Shown here: positions 1 to 14,473 of the stretch, one piece after another | How the letters are laid out: the number at the start of each line of letters is the position of its first letter | Position numbering within the stretch: position 1 is the first letter of the stretch | Assembly (NCBI RefSeq): GCF_009914755.1 | Contig: NC_060933.1 | Source of the DNA: the human T2T-CHM13v2.0 reference genome, Homo sapiens | DNA: 64,000 bases | Direction: 5' to 3' (one strand) | The notes under the pieces: generated by a model | What the model saw: only the letters and a program-made list of their open reading frames with translations | Told to the model about the DNA's origin: nothing | The model's database searches: none | Made by a program: the position numbers and the translations under genes

Positions 1-224
1 TTGATTTATGATACAGCATTTGGGGTGTTTCTTTGTTTTAAATGTATTTTGTTTTTTAAACAGTTTGATTTATTGCTTTTTTTCCTAGATTTGTGGTAGA
101 TAAGTAAGATTTGAGAAATCTCCCTTTCTGTTAAATAAAGTGAAGTCTCAATTAGGTAGTTTTCCTACACTTATGAAAGCAAAATGACCAATTAAACTCT
201 GCAGGGCAGGTTTGAATCTAAGCT

Positions 225-546
225 TGATTGACTGATTGATTGATTGATTGATTGACTGATTGATTTGAGACAGAGTCTCACTCTGTCGCCCAGGCTGGAA
301 TACAGTACTGCGACCTTGGCTCACTGCAACCTCTGCCTCCTAGGTTCAAGTGATTCTCAGGCCTCAGCCTCCTGAGTATCTGGGATTACATGTGCCCGCC
401 ACCACGCCCACCTAATTTTTGTATTTTTAGTAGAGACGGAATTTCACTATGTTGCAGACTGGTCTCGAATGCCTGTACTGAAGTGATCCACTTGCATTGG
501 CTTCCCTAAGTGCTGGGATTACTGGCGTGAGCCACCGCGCCTGGCC
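225..546 (-). mobile_element. AluS with (GATT)n tail
   Basis: Antisense Alu consensus; TSD GAATCTAAG at 214-222 and 548-556. Confidence 0.93.
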
Positions 547-756
547 CGAATCTAAGATTTATATTTGTAGTATTTGAGAGTTGTGCTTGAGAAGCTTATT
601 TCTTTCTCAATTTAGACCTATTACTTGATTACTTAAAGTATATAGAATGATAGAGAATTGTGGAAACAATCAAATACGTCTTCATCTTTCTGAAATTTTT
701 TGTGCATAAAACTATATATATATTGACATTTTAATATTTGTATTTAATAATTCTAA

Positions 757-1105
<349 letters not shown>

Positions 1106-1180
1106 CTTTTTTTCTAATTATATACTTTTTTCTTTCCAAATTTTCAGTAGAGAATACATTTTTTTGGCGGTATTCTAGAT

Positions 1181-1683
1181 CTGTGCTCTTCACTATAGTA
1201 CCCACTTCCCAGCCACATGGGGTTATTTAAATTAATTAGAATTAAAATTAATTCAGTTTCTTAGTCATATTAGCCACATTTAAGAGTTTAATAGTCAGAA
1301 GTGGCTAGTGGCTACTGTATTTTTTGTTTTTGTTTTTGAGACATAGTCTCACTCTATTGTCCAGGCTGGAGTGCGGTGGCGTGATTTCAGCTCACTGCAA
1401 CCTCTGCCTCCCGAGTTCAAGTGATTCTTCTGCCTCAGCCTCCCAAGTAGCTGGGATTTCAGGCGTGTGCCATCAAGCCCAGACAGTTTTTGTATTTTTA
1501 GTAGAGATGGGGTTTCACCATGCTGGTCAGGCTGGTCTTGAGCCCCTGACCTCAAGTTATCTGCTGGCATTGACCTCCCAAAGTGTTGGGATTACAGGTG
1601 TGAGCCACCGCGCCTGGCCTGTATTTGACAGCATTGATATAGAACATTTCCATTATTGTAGAAGTTCTACTGGACAGCGTTGC
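1181..1683 (-). mobile_element. MER3 (hAT-Charlie MITE) interrupted by an Alu
   Basis: gtggctagtggctac...atagaacatttccattattgtagaagttctactggacagcg matches reverse MER3. Confidence 0.8.
1322..1618 (-). mobile_element. AluS nested in MER3
   Basis: Alu consensus; ctgtattt on both sides. Confidence 0.92.
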
Positions 1684-2684
1684 TGTAAATCATTAAATGT
1701 AGAGGAATATCTATCACAATTTAAAGAACCAAGAGAGGTGGATAATATTAGAATGCTTTTTCTGGCCACTTAACAAAAATACGTGCCTGTCCTTGATACT
1801 GACATCTTCCCTTATCCTATTTTTAAAAATTCTGCATTTGTTAATTGTGTAAACGCCCACTGGGTATATATTTATAATAAAATTTATACAGCTTATTATT
1901 CATATTTGAATTTTATTCAGTTGTTTCAAGGGCAGTGTGGTATAATAGAGCATAAGGTTAGGAGTAAGGATATCTAATTTTGTGACTTTAGGCAATTTGC
2001 TTAACCTGTTACCTAAAATTTATTACTTTTCAAACAGAGATAATCTTTTTTTGAGTGTTTACTTCACATGAGCTATATAGAGGGAAAAAAAGTTAAAAAA
2101 TGTATGTGTACACACATGTATTTTTATGAGTAAGATCTTTATGTACTATTGTGGAGTCATCTCCAGGATGTTTAAGTGAAAAAAGTAATGCGCACAGTAT
2201 GCCAATAAAGGAGAGATACAAATATAACTTGCCTGGAGTTGCATAAATGGCAGAGTTGGAACTAAAATTCAGCTATCCTATTTAATTCTGGACTCTTTTA
2301 CTTCTTATTGTACAGCCATGTCAGTATTTGTCATCATGCCATAGAAACATTTTATAAGCTAAATTTGTCTCTTGATCTTGCTCTTAATCAGAAGGCCTCT
2401 TATCACATTTAAAAAATTTGTAGACATATTATTCTTCAGGACCATCTTGGTTTCTTTTAATGCAAGTAAATGGGAAATATATCCTAATATGTAAAAATTT
2501 ACTTTATCGCTCTCCTTATTATTATATATCTCATCGATGAGGACCTTTCTAATAGCCTTATTATGTATGCTTACTTGTGAATTTATCCTCTCCTATTAAC
2601 ATTTTATAAGTCTAAAAATTAAACACTTTATACTTACATTTTGAAGTATTTTGCATAGTCTAAACTATTAAAATTAACTTGAAG

Positions 2685-2817
2685 GTGACGAGTAAAAGTC
2701 GTTCTGAATTACCAGATGTGAAACAAGGTGAGGCCAATCTTAAAGAGATAATGGATAGAGCTTATGATTCATTTGATATTCAACTTACAAGTGTACAGCT
2801 GCTTTACAGTAGAGTTG
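2685..2817 (+). CDS. VPS13A: VPS13A internal exon (exon 21), 133 nt
   Basis: ttgaag|GTGACG...GTTG|gtgagt; VTSKSRSELPDVKQGEANLKEIMDRAYDSFDIQLTSVQLLYSRV matches chorein. Confidence 0.95.
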
Positions 2818-2954
2818 GTGAGTATAAAATGCATTATTTGTTGATTGATTTTGTTGAAGTGATTAATTAGGTTTTTAGACACTTTGAAGACCTTCCTCTT
2901 AAATGTGTTAGAACGTCTATATTTTTGAATTAGAAATGATAGTAAATATTGTCT

Positions 2955-3155
2955 AGCTGTTCTTACCAGGAGCAGTCTTGCCCCCCCAAGAGACATTTGT
3001 CAATATCTGGAGACATCTTTGGTTGTCACAGGTAGAGCATGAGTGGCACTCCTAGCATCTAGTGGGTAAAGGTGAGGGATACTACTAAGCATCCTACGAT
3101 GTTCAGGCCAGTCCCTCATAATAAATATCAGTAGTGCTGAGGTCGAGAAATCCTG
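2955..3155 (+). mobile_element. MER20 (hAT-Charlie)
   Basis: gacatttgtcaatatctggagacatctttggttgtcaca...gctgaggtcgagaaatcctg. Confidence 0.85.
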
Positions 3156-4822
3156 ATCTGTACCAATGTTTTCCAGCCTTTGACCAAAGTTGGCCCATAT
3201 TGAAAATGATATTGGTATTACTACACAGTTGGATAACCAGAAGACATTGCTCAGGGCCAGAAGTAAGCAGCCTAGGGGCTCTGACAGTCATGGACAGCCA
3301 TACAAAGACGAGGGTCACTCTCCTAGACATACTTGTATCTCATTCACTGTGGTATACCAGTCAGGAGTCTGATTTAGAGCTAGTTTTGAAGATGAAGTCA
3401 AAGCCAGAAATTCACTTGCCAAGAGCCATTTAAGTAGTTAGGGAGAGACCCCAGACTCGTTCAGCTTTCTTTTCGTTCTGTCATACTGCTTTTGAATCCC
3501 TAGAGTGTTAGTGAACATGCAGATAATTCAGTAAAATTTGATCTGTTGAAGAGATCCATATGTAGAGATCTAAGTGTTTGTATGCAGTCAGATTTTAATT
3601 ACCTGAGCTAACCAATAAAAGGAGAAACAATGAGAATCCAAAGTAGTTGTTATCAAAATTGTTAATTTGTATAGGACTGAAACATTTTATTTCTTCAATT
3701 ATATTTGCTTCAGGATAGTGAACGTAGTTTGTATTTTTATCATATTCTAATTGTGGTGGAGGAAACCCAAAGGTATAGTGGGTGGCAGAAGTACGTTATT
3801 TTCAGAATTCCACAAATTCTTTTTCAGGGAATAAATTACTGGGTTTGGTTTTCCTTGACTGGGATTTTATCTGACTCATAGAATTATTATGTTCAAATGA
3901 GATAGTATATATGAAAATGCATTATATGACTGAGATCCCATTAATCTTGTTATGAATTTTTAAAGTTATTTCTTTCTGATTATACCTATTTCAGAAAATC
4001 TGAACAACTGAGAAACCAAAAAGATAAACCTTTATGTTACTGCTTAGGCAGGAACACTATTGATATTTTGTTGCACATCCTTTTAGTATGTTTTTCAGTG
4101 TGTGTACCTGTGAATATATGGGATGTGCTTGTTTGGTGTTTATATTGGAGGTATTTGTGAATGTATTTTTTTTACATGATTTATATAGTTTTATATCCAG
4201 GTATTTTTTCTTTTACCAGTAATATTTTGGTCACTTGAACTCATGGTTTTTATTGTCTATATTATGCTATATGGCTATGGTCTCAGTTATTTAACCATTC
4301 CCTTATGGAACATTTAGGCTCGTAACTCTGCAGTGATTGTTGCCAATCAACAACATCCAAGTAGACTTGGATGTGAATTTCAGTTTTATCACTAGCAGAT
4401 TGATCATAGGCAAATTATAAATTCTTTTGAGTCTCAGTTTTCTAAAGTGGGATTATTATACAGAATTTTGAGAATTAACATTTAAACATTACCTAGAAGA
4501 GTAGAAATTATAAATCTTGAATAAATGGTAGCTTTTATTAGTTACTGTTAAAGAACCTCACTTTTTACTACCTTTTGCATTATTGCTTTACTGCCATGTT
4601 ACTTTTTTGGGTAAGGTATGTGGTTGGTGTAGTGATTGTCAGTGGATGCGCAGTAGATTTGATAACCTACTGATTGTATGTACCTGAGAATGTGACATTA
4701 AGATTACCTAGATGTGGGGAAATTTCCTCATATAATGGAATGTGTGACTATGACGTATTAATAGTTATTTTAGGTTTTGTGTGTTATAGTTACGTTAAAT
4801 ATGAACTATTTTCTGTACTTAG

Positions 4823-4940
4823 GTGATAATTGGAGAGAAGCACGAAAACTCAGTGTATCTACCCAGCATATTTTGGTACCCATGCACTTCAATTTGGAAC
4901 TGTCTAAGGCCATGGTTTTCATGGATGTAAGGATGCCCAA
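4823..4940 (+). CDS. VPS13A: VPS13A exon 22, 118 nt
   Basis: acttag|GTGATA...CCCAA|gtatgt; GDNWREARKLSVSTQHILVPMHFNLELSKAMVFMDVRMPK. Confidence 0.97.
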
Positions 4941-5009
4941 GTATGTACTGTTTGTTTCATGTGAATATGGATTTTCTGGGTAATTCTGTAGCTAGGGAAA
5001 TACCATACT

Positions 5010-5083
5010 TAACTGACTCTTCCTTGTGTGTGTGGTGAAATGTATATAACTGACTCTTCCTTGTGTGTGTGGTAAAATGTATA
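5010..5083 (+). repeat. 37-bp tandem duplication
   Basis: taactgactcttccttgtgtgtgtggt(g/a)aaatgtata x2, 1 mismatch. Confidence 0.95.
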
Positions 5084-5804
5084 TAAAATTTACCATTTTG
5101 ATAATTTTTAAGAGTATAGTTCATTGTCATTAGGTTCACGCATGTTGTTATGCAACCATCACCACCATTCATTTCCAGAACTGTTTCTCTTCCAAACTGA
5201 AACTCTGTACTCAATTAAACAATAACACCCCATTTCACCCTGCACCCAGCCCCTGACAACAACCATTATATCTTCTGTCTTTATGAATTTGACTATTTTA
5301 GGTGCCTCATATAAGTGGAATCATAGAAAATCAGATTTTGTGTGCCTGGGTTTCTTCACTTAGCATAATGTCTTCAAGATTCATCCATGTTGGAGCATAT
5401 GTCAGAATTTCATGTATTTTTAAGGCTGATTAATATTCCTTATATGTTGTATATACTATGTTTTTATTTATTCATCCTTCAATGAACATTTGTGTTGTTA
5501 ATGCTGTTTGGCTGTTGTAATAATGCTGCTGTGTACAAATATCTGCTTAAGTCCCTGATTTCAGTATTTTTGGGTGTATACTCAGAAGTAGAATTGCTGG
5601 ATCATATTATAGTTCAGTGTTTAAGTTTTAGAGGAGTGCTGTGCTGTTTTTTATAGCAGTTACACCATTTTACTTTCCTACCAGCACAAGAGTTTCAATT
5701 TCTTCACTGCCTCTACAACACTTGGTATTTTCTGTTTTTTTATTTTAATAGTCATCCTAATAGGTGTGAAGTGATGTCATTTTTCTAATGCTTAGTGATG
5801 TTGA

Positions 5805-6192
<388 letters not shown>

Positions 6193-6521
6193 GAGTTGTG
6201 AGAGTTTTAAAATATATTTTGGATATTAACTCTTTATCAGATATATGATTTGCAAATATTTTTTCTCACTCTGTGTTTCCTTATCACTCTGTTGATTGTG
6301 GCCTTTGATGTCTAAAAGTTTAAAATTTTTATTGTCCAGTTTATCTTAGTTGCCTATGCTTTTGGTGTCATATCCAAGAAATTATTACAAAATCCAATGT
6401 CATAAAGCTTTTCTTCTTTGTTTACCTTAAAGAGTTTTATAGTTTTAGCTTCTTTTATTTAGATCTTTGATCCATTGAGTTAATTTTTGTATGTGACATA
6501 TAGGATAAGGACCGGCCTTTA

Positions 6522-6832
6522 TTCTTTTTTTTTTTTTTTTTTTTTTTTTTTTGAGACAGAGTCTCGCTGTCGCCCAGGCTGGAGTGCAGTGGCATGATCT
6601 CGGCTCACTGCAGGCTCCGCCCCCCAGGGTTCACACCATTCTCCTGCCTCAGCCTCCCGAGTAGCTGGGACTACAGGCGCCCGCCACCACGCCTGGCTAA
6701 TTTTTTGTATTTTTAGTAGAGATGGGGTTTCACCGTGCCAGCCAGGATGGTCTTGATCTCCTGACCTCGTGATCCGCCCGCCTCGGCCTCCCAAAGTGCT
6801 GGGATTACAGGCGTGAGCCACTGCTCCCGGCC
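6522..6832 (-). mobile_element. AluY with long pure tail
   Basis: CpG-rich, about 28 T; ttattctttt on both sides. Confidence 0.93.
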
Positions 6833-9821
6833 TTATTCTTTTGCATGCAAATATCTCATTTCCTCTATACAATTTGTTGAAAAGACTGTCCTTTTCTCAT
6901 TGAATGGCCTTGGTACCCTAGTTGAAAATCATTTATCCATATATGCAAGAGCTTATTTTTGGGCTTTCTGTTTTATTCCATTGGTCTCTATGTCTTTATT
7001 TTCCTGTACCACACTATTTAGATTACTGTAGCTTTATAGGAAGTTTTGAAATCAGGAGATGTGAGTTATTTAACTTTGTTCTTTCGATTGTCTTGGCTAT
7101 TCGGGATCCTTTGGTATTCCATATGAATCTTAGCATGTTTTCTTTTCTTGTAAAAAATGTTATAGAGATTCTAACAAAGAGTGTATCAAATCTGTAGATC
7201 CCTTTGAATAGTATTGACATCTTAATAATATTGACTGTTATAGTCCATGAACATGGAATATCTTTCTATTTATTTGTGTCTTTGATTTCAGCAACATTTT
7301 CTAGGTCTCAGTACTAAAGTCTCTTGCCTCATTTCTTAAGTTTATTCTTTGTGATGCTATTGTAAATGAATTTAAAAATTTTGGGGGGATTGTTTATTGT
7401 TAGTATGTGGGAACTTAACTGATTTTTATATCCTGCAACTTGTGAATTTGTTTACAATTCTAAGTTTTAGGATTCTAAAGTTCTAACAGATTTAAGATTT
7501 TCCACATATAAGATCCTATCATCTGTGTATGGAGTTAATTTTTTTCCCTTTCTGATATGGGTGCCTTTTATTTCTCTTTCTTGCCTAATTGGTCTGTCTA
7601 GAATTTTTTAGCACTCTCTTGAATAGAAGTAGTTTAGGTTGGCATCCTCACCTTAATCCTGAGCCCAGAGGAAAAGCTTTCAGTATTTCACCATCGAGTA
7701 TGATGTCAGCTGTGGGGTTTTTATGGATGACCTTTATTATGTTGAGGTAGTTTCCTTCTGTTCCTAGTTTGCTAACTTTTTATTATGAAAACGTGTTGAA
7801 TTTTTTCAAATCCTTTCTGTGCTTTGAGATGATCATGTGATCATGTAAAAAATGATCAAGATGATTTTTTTCCTTCATTCTGTTAATGGGGTATGTTACC
7901 TTAATTGCTCTCTATATATTAAATCATATTTCTTGAGTCCAGCAAAAAATCCTTTTATTCCAGGAATAAATCCTCTTATTCTAGGAATAAATTCCAAGAG
8001 TAAATGATATATAAACCATGTAATGGGCTATTGATTTAGGTTTGCTTGTGCTTTTGGGTTTTGCATTAATATTTTTCAGATATATTGGACTACAGATTTC
8101 TTTTCTTCTAGTATCTTTGTCTGGCTTTGGTATCAGGGTAATGCTGTCTTTATAGAATGGATTAGAAAGTATTCCTGCCTCTTCAGTTTTTGATTGTTTG
8201 GTAGAATTCACTATTGAAGCGATCAGATCGTGGGAGGTTTTCTTTATTGGGAGGTTTTTGATTACTGATTCAGTCTCCATAGTAGTTTATCCAGATTTTG
8301 TTTCTTCATAATTCAGTGTTGGTAGATTTGTGTTTCTTGGAATTTGTTTCATTTAAGGTTATCCATTTGTTGGTGTAAAATTGTTTGTAATTGTCTCTCT
8401 CTTAACAGCCCTTTTTGTTTTGTAAAATGAGTAGTAATGTTACCACTTTCATTTCTGATTTAAATTGAGTCTTTTCTGTTTTTTTCTCAGTCTAACTAAA
8501 GGTTTTCAATCTCGATCATTTTGAAGAACCAACTCACATTTTTGTTGATTTTTTTCTCTATTGTTTTTCTATATTTTATTTATTTCTGCTTTCATCTTTG
8601 TTATTTTTTTTATTTCGGGTAGCTTTAGGTTTAGTTTGCTGTTCTTTTTCTAGTTCCTTAAGGTGTAAAGTTAGGCTATTGATTTTAGGTCTTTCTTCTT
8701 TATTAATGTAGGTGTTTACAGCTATAAAGTCCGCTTTTGGCAGACTTTTGCTGCATCCTATGAATTTTGGTATGTTGTATTTTCATTTTCATTTGTCTTG
8801 AGTTATTTTCTAATTTCCCTTGTGATTTCTTTGATCTCATTGCTTGTTTAACCATCTGTTTTTAAATTTCTATACACTTGTGACTTCTACACTTTTTCCT
8901 TCTACTCTTGCATTCTAGACTCATTTCATCATTATTGGAAAAGATACTTCTTATGATTTCACTTTTTTAACATTTTTTGACGCTTGGTTTTTTACCTGAC
9001 GTATAATCTGTCCTGGAGAATGTTTCATATGCACTTGAGAAAAATGTCTATTTTCCTGGATGGAGTGTTCTATATATGTCATTTTAGTCCAGTTGGTCAA
9101 TTTTATTGGTCCAGTCCCCTGTTTCCTTATTAATCTACTGCCTGGTGTTTCTATTCAGTATTGACAGTGAGATATTGAAGTCTCCTATTATTATCAAGGA
9201 ACTGTCTGTTTCTTCTTCTTAATTGTGTCAGTGCTTGCTTTATATATTTTTGAACTCTGATGTTTGGCACATATATGTTTATAATTGTTATGTCTTCTTG
9301 GTGAAGTTATACTTTCATTATCATTATGTAATGTCCTTCTTTATTGCTTGTAACAGTTTTTGATTTGCAGTCTATTTTGGCTGTTTTTGTTACAGGCATC
9401 CCTGCTCTCTTTTGGTGATTATTTGCATGGAATGTCTTTCTTCATTTTTTTTTTCACTTTTAACCTGTGTGTTTTCTATGAGTTAACGTGATCTCTTGTA
9501 GACAGTATGTAGTTGCATCCTGTTTTTTAATCCATTTTGTCACTTGAAGTTTTTAATTGAGAAAAAATATATTTACATTTAAAGTAAATACAGATGGGGA
9601 GGACTTACTTTTGTCATATTGTTATTTGCTTTCTGTATGTCTTACAGCTTTTTTGATCCCTCATTTCCTCCTTTAATGGTGCCCTTTGTGTTCAGTGGAT
9701 TTTTGTGTGTGACATGCTTTGATTCCTCTCTCATTTCCAGTTTTGTATATTCTACAAGTATTTTCTTTGTGGTTACCATAGAGATTGTGTATAATATCCT
9801 CAAGTTATAACAGTCTATTTA

Positions 9822-10037
9822 TTTATTATTTCTTTATTTTTTTAGACAGGGTCTTGTTCTGTCACCTAGGCTAGAGAACAGTGTTGTGGTTGTAGCTCAC
9901 TGCAGCATTGAACTCCTGTGCTCAAGTGATCCTCCTGCCTTGTCCTCCTGAGTAGCTGGGACTACAGGCACACGTCACTACACTCAGCTAATTTTTAAAT
10001 TTTTTTGTAGAGATGGGTCTTGCTATGTTGCCCAGGC
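9822..10037 (-). mobile_element. 5'-truncated AluJ
   Basis: TSD tataacag(t/c)ctattta at 9806-9821 and 10038-10053. Confidence 0.88.
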
Positions 10038-10060
10038 TATAACAGCCTATTTAAGATTGA

Positions 10061-10345
10061 GGCAGGTTGCATAGTCTTATACCTGTAATCCCAGCACTTT
10101 GAGAGGCCGAGGTGGTAGGATTGCTTGAGGCAAGGAGTTTGAGACCAGCCTGGCCAATGTAGTAAGACCCTGTCTCTACAGTAAGTAAATAAATAATTAA
10201 ATAAAATTAGCTGGGCATAATGGTGCATGCCTATAGTCCTAGCTACTTGGGAAGTTAAGGTGGGAGGATAGCTTGAGCCCAGGAGGTTGAGGCTACGGTG
10301 GGTTATGATTATGTCACTGCACTCCAGCTTGGGTGACAAAAATTT
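10061..10345 (+). mobile_element. AluJ (sense)
   Basis: acctgtaatcccagcactttgagaggccgagg...gcttgagcccaggagg. Confidence 0.9.
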
Positions 10346-12249
10346 TAAAAAGTGAAAAATAAAACTGATACCAAGTTAGCTTCAATTGCATGCAAAAACT
10401 CTACTTGTTTCCTGTTTTGCCCCCTCCAGTTTATCTTATTGATGTCCCAGATTATATTTTTATGTATTCTATACCCATTAACAAAGAATTGTAATTATTT
10501 CTTATGCATTTGTCTTTTAACTTATGTAGAAAATAAATAGTAGAGTTATAAACCAAAATTCTAATAACATTTGCTTTATACTCATCCATGTATTTACATT
10601 TACTGGGATTATTATATTTCATTGTTAGCTGAAGCTATGTGCCTGAGATCCTAAGTAGAGAAGTCTGTTGAACTAGACTGGGCCATTTAGATTATTTATT
10701 TCTAAATAGTTTTAGACTGTAGGTAGTCATTTAACTTCTTCCTTGTAACAGCACTTTTTTTCTCCCTTACAAATATTCAGACCTCAGGCACAGATCTATT
10801 TTAAAATTTAACCAAAGGCTTTTCTCATCTAACATCTACCAAACACTTCCAGGAGAGTTGCTACTAGCAAGGCAACATGAGAAGGCTTCATGCCTAGTTA
10901 AAGTGTACTAGGAAGAATAGAGGGAATTAGAGAGACTCTGGCCTTTTCCTATATGGTACATGGGGTGGACATTGTTTTTAATACTTATTATACTTAACAT
11001 GTAAAAGGGAGAGACCCACACTCTTTTTTGTTGACCTTTACCTCATAGTGACTCTATCTACTAACAAATATTGTCCAGGGCCCTAAATCTTACTCTCCTA
11101 GATTTTCTTTTCTTAGAAAATCAAAGCATGCACTGAGAGTCTTGAGGCAGAGGAATGGCTAGAATTTGGTTTAAGAGACAGAAGGAAAGAAAACCATGCT
11201 ACGCATTCCCTTGTTTTTTTTCAAATCCAGCTTTAGATATGGTTCAATTTAAAGAGAAAAGGCTTAATTCTTTTCATTTCTCCCAAATTATGTCTGCTGC
11301 TTGTTTACTCTTTTCTACTGTTTCTTGTAAAGTTTTTCATTCTGTGATAAAGATTAAAGATCTATGCGATTTCTTGTTGTAAGCATATGACTAAGAATTG
11401 ATTTTTTTTTAGCATAGTTTAAGTACTTTTCTTCTTGGTAAGTATGCTATAATCTTGGAAGTTACAGGGTACCAGAAAAAGTAGGTGATATTTCTCTGAG
11501 GGAAGAAAAGGGCAGCTTTTATCTTGGTTTGGACTTGCTCTGTCAGTATATGCTTAGGAAGAATTTATGTCTTGTGATGCAGGGAATATGTACAGCATAG
11601 CAGGAATTAAAATAGCTGATTATAAGGGTACAGGGCAGAAATGACAATGACTTAACTTAGAAAGATGAAATCTTAGAAGTTATTTGGTTTCTATTTTATA
11701 ATATTGTGAGCAGTATAAAGTGGATATGATATGTCAAATCCTGAAACTCCACAGGTGTCAGGAACATTCCCTTGAAAGTTGAGCTGCGTTAAGTTGAAGG
11801 CAAATAAAAGGATGCTTGCTATTTGGTAGATACTGTTTTGGTACCCAGCATCTTTAGACTGCGCAACTTGCAGATTTTTCAAGAAAGTGAAAAAAAGTTT
11901 AAGTGCATTAAGAGAACCGATTCATAATGTTTAACAAAGTTAAACTACTACTACGCTTGTGATTAATTACAAATATTTAAGGTATTGGAAATAAAAGAAA
12001 GCTTGTAATTTTCTGTAGGACTCCAGTACATTTTTAGAAAGATAACGTAAGTAATCAGTGTGCGTACGTGGAAAAAGTAATTTTTAGGGAAAATGCAGGG
12101 ATAAAAATGGGGAGTGAAAACTTTCTCTCTCTCTCTCTGATAGTGAAAACTAACTTTCTGTCTCTCTCAAAGGAGACTGTCAAGGCAATTAAAAGAATAA
12201 TAAAGCACTCTGATGTGGTTTTGCTCAATGATCTTTGATACATAGTCTC

Positions 12250-12430
12250 ATGAGCAGGCTATTTGCACTGCCAAACCTTAGTTTTCTCATAGGAAGCATG
12301 TACATATAGGAACTTAAATAGAGAGCAAAAATAGGTTGTCTGCCTCATAGATTGTGAGGACTGTTTACAATAATGCATGTAAAGTGCTTTCCTCAGTGCC
12401 TGTCACATGAGAAACACTTGATTAGTAGTA
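12250..12430 (+). mobile_element. MIR fragment
   Basis: cctcatagattgtgagga...taatgcatgtaaagtgcttt. Confidence 0.6.
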
Positions 12431-12676
12431 ATTGTCAATTGTATATAGCAAACAGTAGAAGGACATTACATGAAATAAGAACATAAACCTCTGAAAAATA
12501 ATGAGTTTAGCCCATCTAATGAAACTGGTTAATACGGTAAGACGGAAATTGGAATAGAGATTTTTAGTGTTTAAAATCACATTTGATTCAGATAATTTGA
12601 GAACAGTCTTTTTAATTAGTGCACTTAAATCAGAATAATTCCTTTATAATTACTTATTTTTATCTTTTCAAAACAG

Positions 12677-12815
12677 ATTCAAGATTTATGGAAAGTTACC
12701 TCTTATTTCTTTACGAATCTCAGATAAAAAACTACAAGGGATTATGGAATTGATTGAAAGCATTCCAAAACCTGAACCAGTAACTGAAGTATCTGCCCCT
12801 GTCAAATCATTCCAG
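12677..12815 (+). CDS. VPS13A: VPS13A exon 23, 139 nt
   Basis: aaacag|ATTCAAG...TTCCAG|gtaatg; FKIYGKLPLISLRISDKKLQGIMELIESIPKPEPVTEVSAPVKSFQ. Confidence 0.97.
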
Positions 12816-12926
12816 GTAATGTTACTTTCAAAATTAATATAAGCATGAATTAAGAAAGTCCACAAATAGTATTTCAAACAATCACAGGAATTTTATATAA
12901 GACAATTTGCAATTTGTTTTGAATAG

Positions 12927-13245
<319 letters not shown>

Positions 13246-13495
13246 AGAAAATTACATGTTGAGAGAGAAATTGAAATGGTAAAAAGTATAAATAGTTAAG
13301 AAAGATATAAAATAATAAATCTACTTTTCTAATTTCTGCAGCCTCCAATCCCTCTCCTGAGCAATAACACTGTTAACTACTGCTTCTCTAGTTTTTAAAA
13401 AAATTTTTGTGGCATATACTAGTACACACATGCACAAGAACATGCATGTGTGTGTGTATGTAGTATGTGTGTGTATACATACATGTATATATTCA

Positions 13496-13789
13496 TTTTT
13501 TTTTTTTGAAACAGAGCCTATCTCTGTCACCCAAGGTGGAGTGCAGTGGCGCAATCTCGGCTCACTGCAACCTCTGTCTCTTGGGTTCAAGCAGTTCTCT
13601 GCCTCAGCCTCCTGAGTGGCTGGGATTACAGGCGCCCGCCACCACGCCAGCTAATTTTTTTTTGCATTTTTAGTAGAGACAGGGTTTCACCATCTTGGCC
13701 AGGCTGGTCTTGAACTCCTGACCTTGTGATCCACCCGCCTCGGCCTTCCAAAGTGCTGGGATTACAGGCGTGAGCCACCGTGCCCGGCC
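13496..13789 (-). mobile_element. AluS
   Basis: Antisense Alu consensus. Confidence 0.92.
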
Positions 13790-14150
13790 TGTATTCTTTT
13801 ATTTTTAAAATTAAATGAAATCATTATACACACTATTCTGAATCTGTATTATTTTCACCATTATTATCATATATGCCTTAGATAAATTTTTATGTTAGCA
13901 CATACAGATCTACCTCATTTGTTTATGGTGATATAGTATTTCATTTTCTGCATATACCATCTTTTGCTTAATATATCTTCTTTTGATGGATATTCACATT
14001 ATGAGTGTTTACAGTTATGAAAAATACTGCTTTGAACTTCCTCATATATATACATATATATGTGTGTATATATATATTTGCTTATACTTTTATTCATAGG
14101 ATAAATTCCTAGAAATGGAATTGTTGAGTAAAAGAGGATGTGAATTTTAA

Positions 14151-14473
<323 letters not shown>

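Noticed and set aside
2660-2684. Possible U12-type intron end at exon 21
   Set aside because: No TCCTTAAC branch consensus, and the upstream donor is outside the window
13420-13495. Alternating purine-pyrimidine quasi-palindromes (also about 14045-14080 and 27540-27615)
   Set aside because: Ordinary degenerate TA/TG microsatellites
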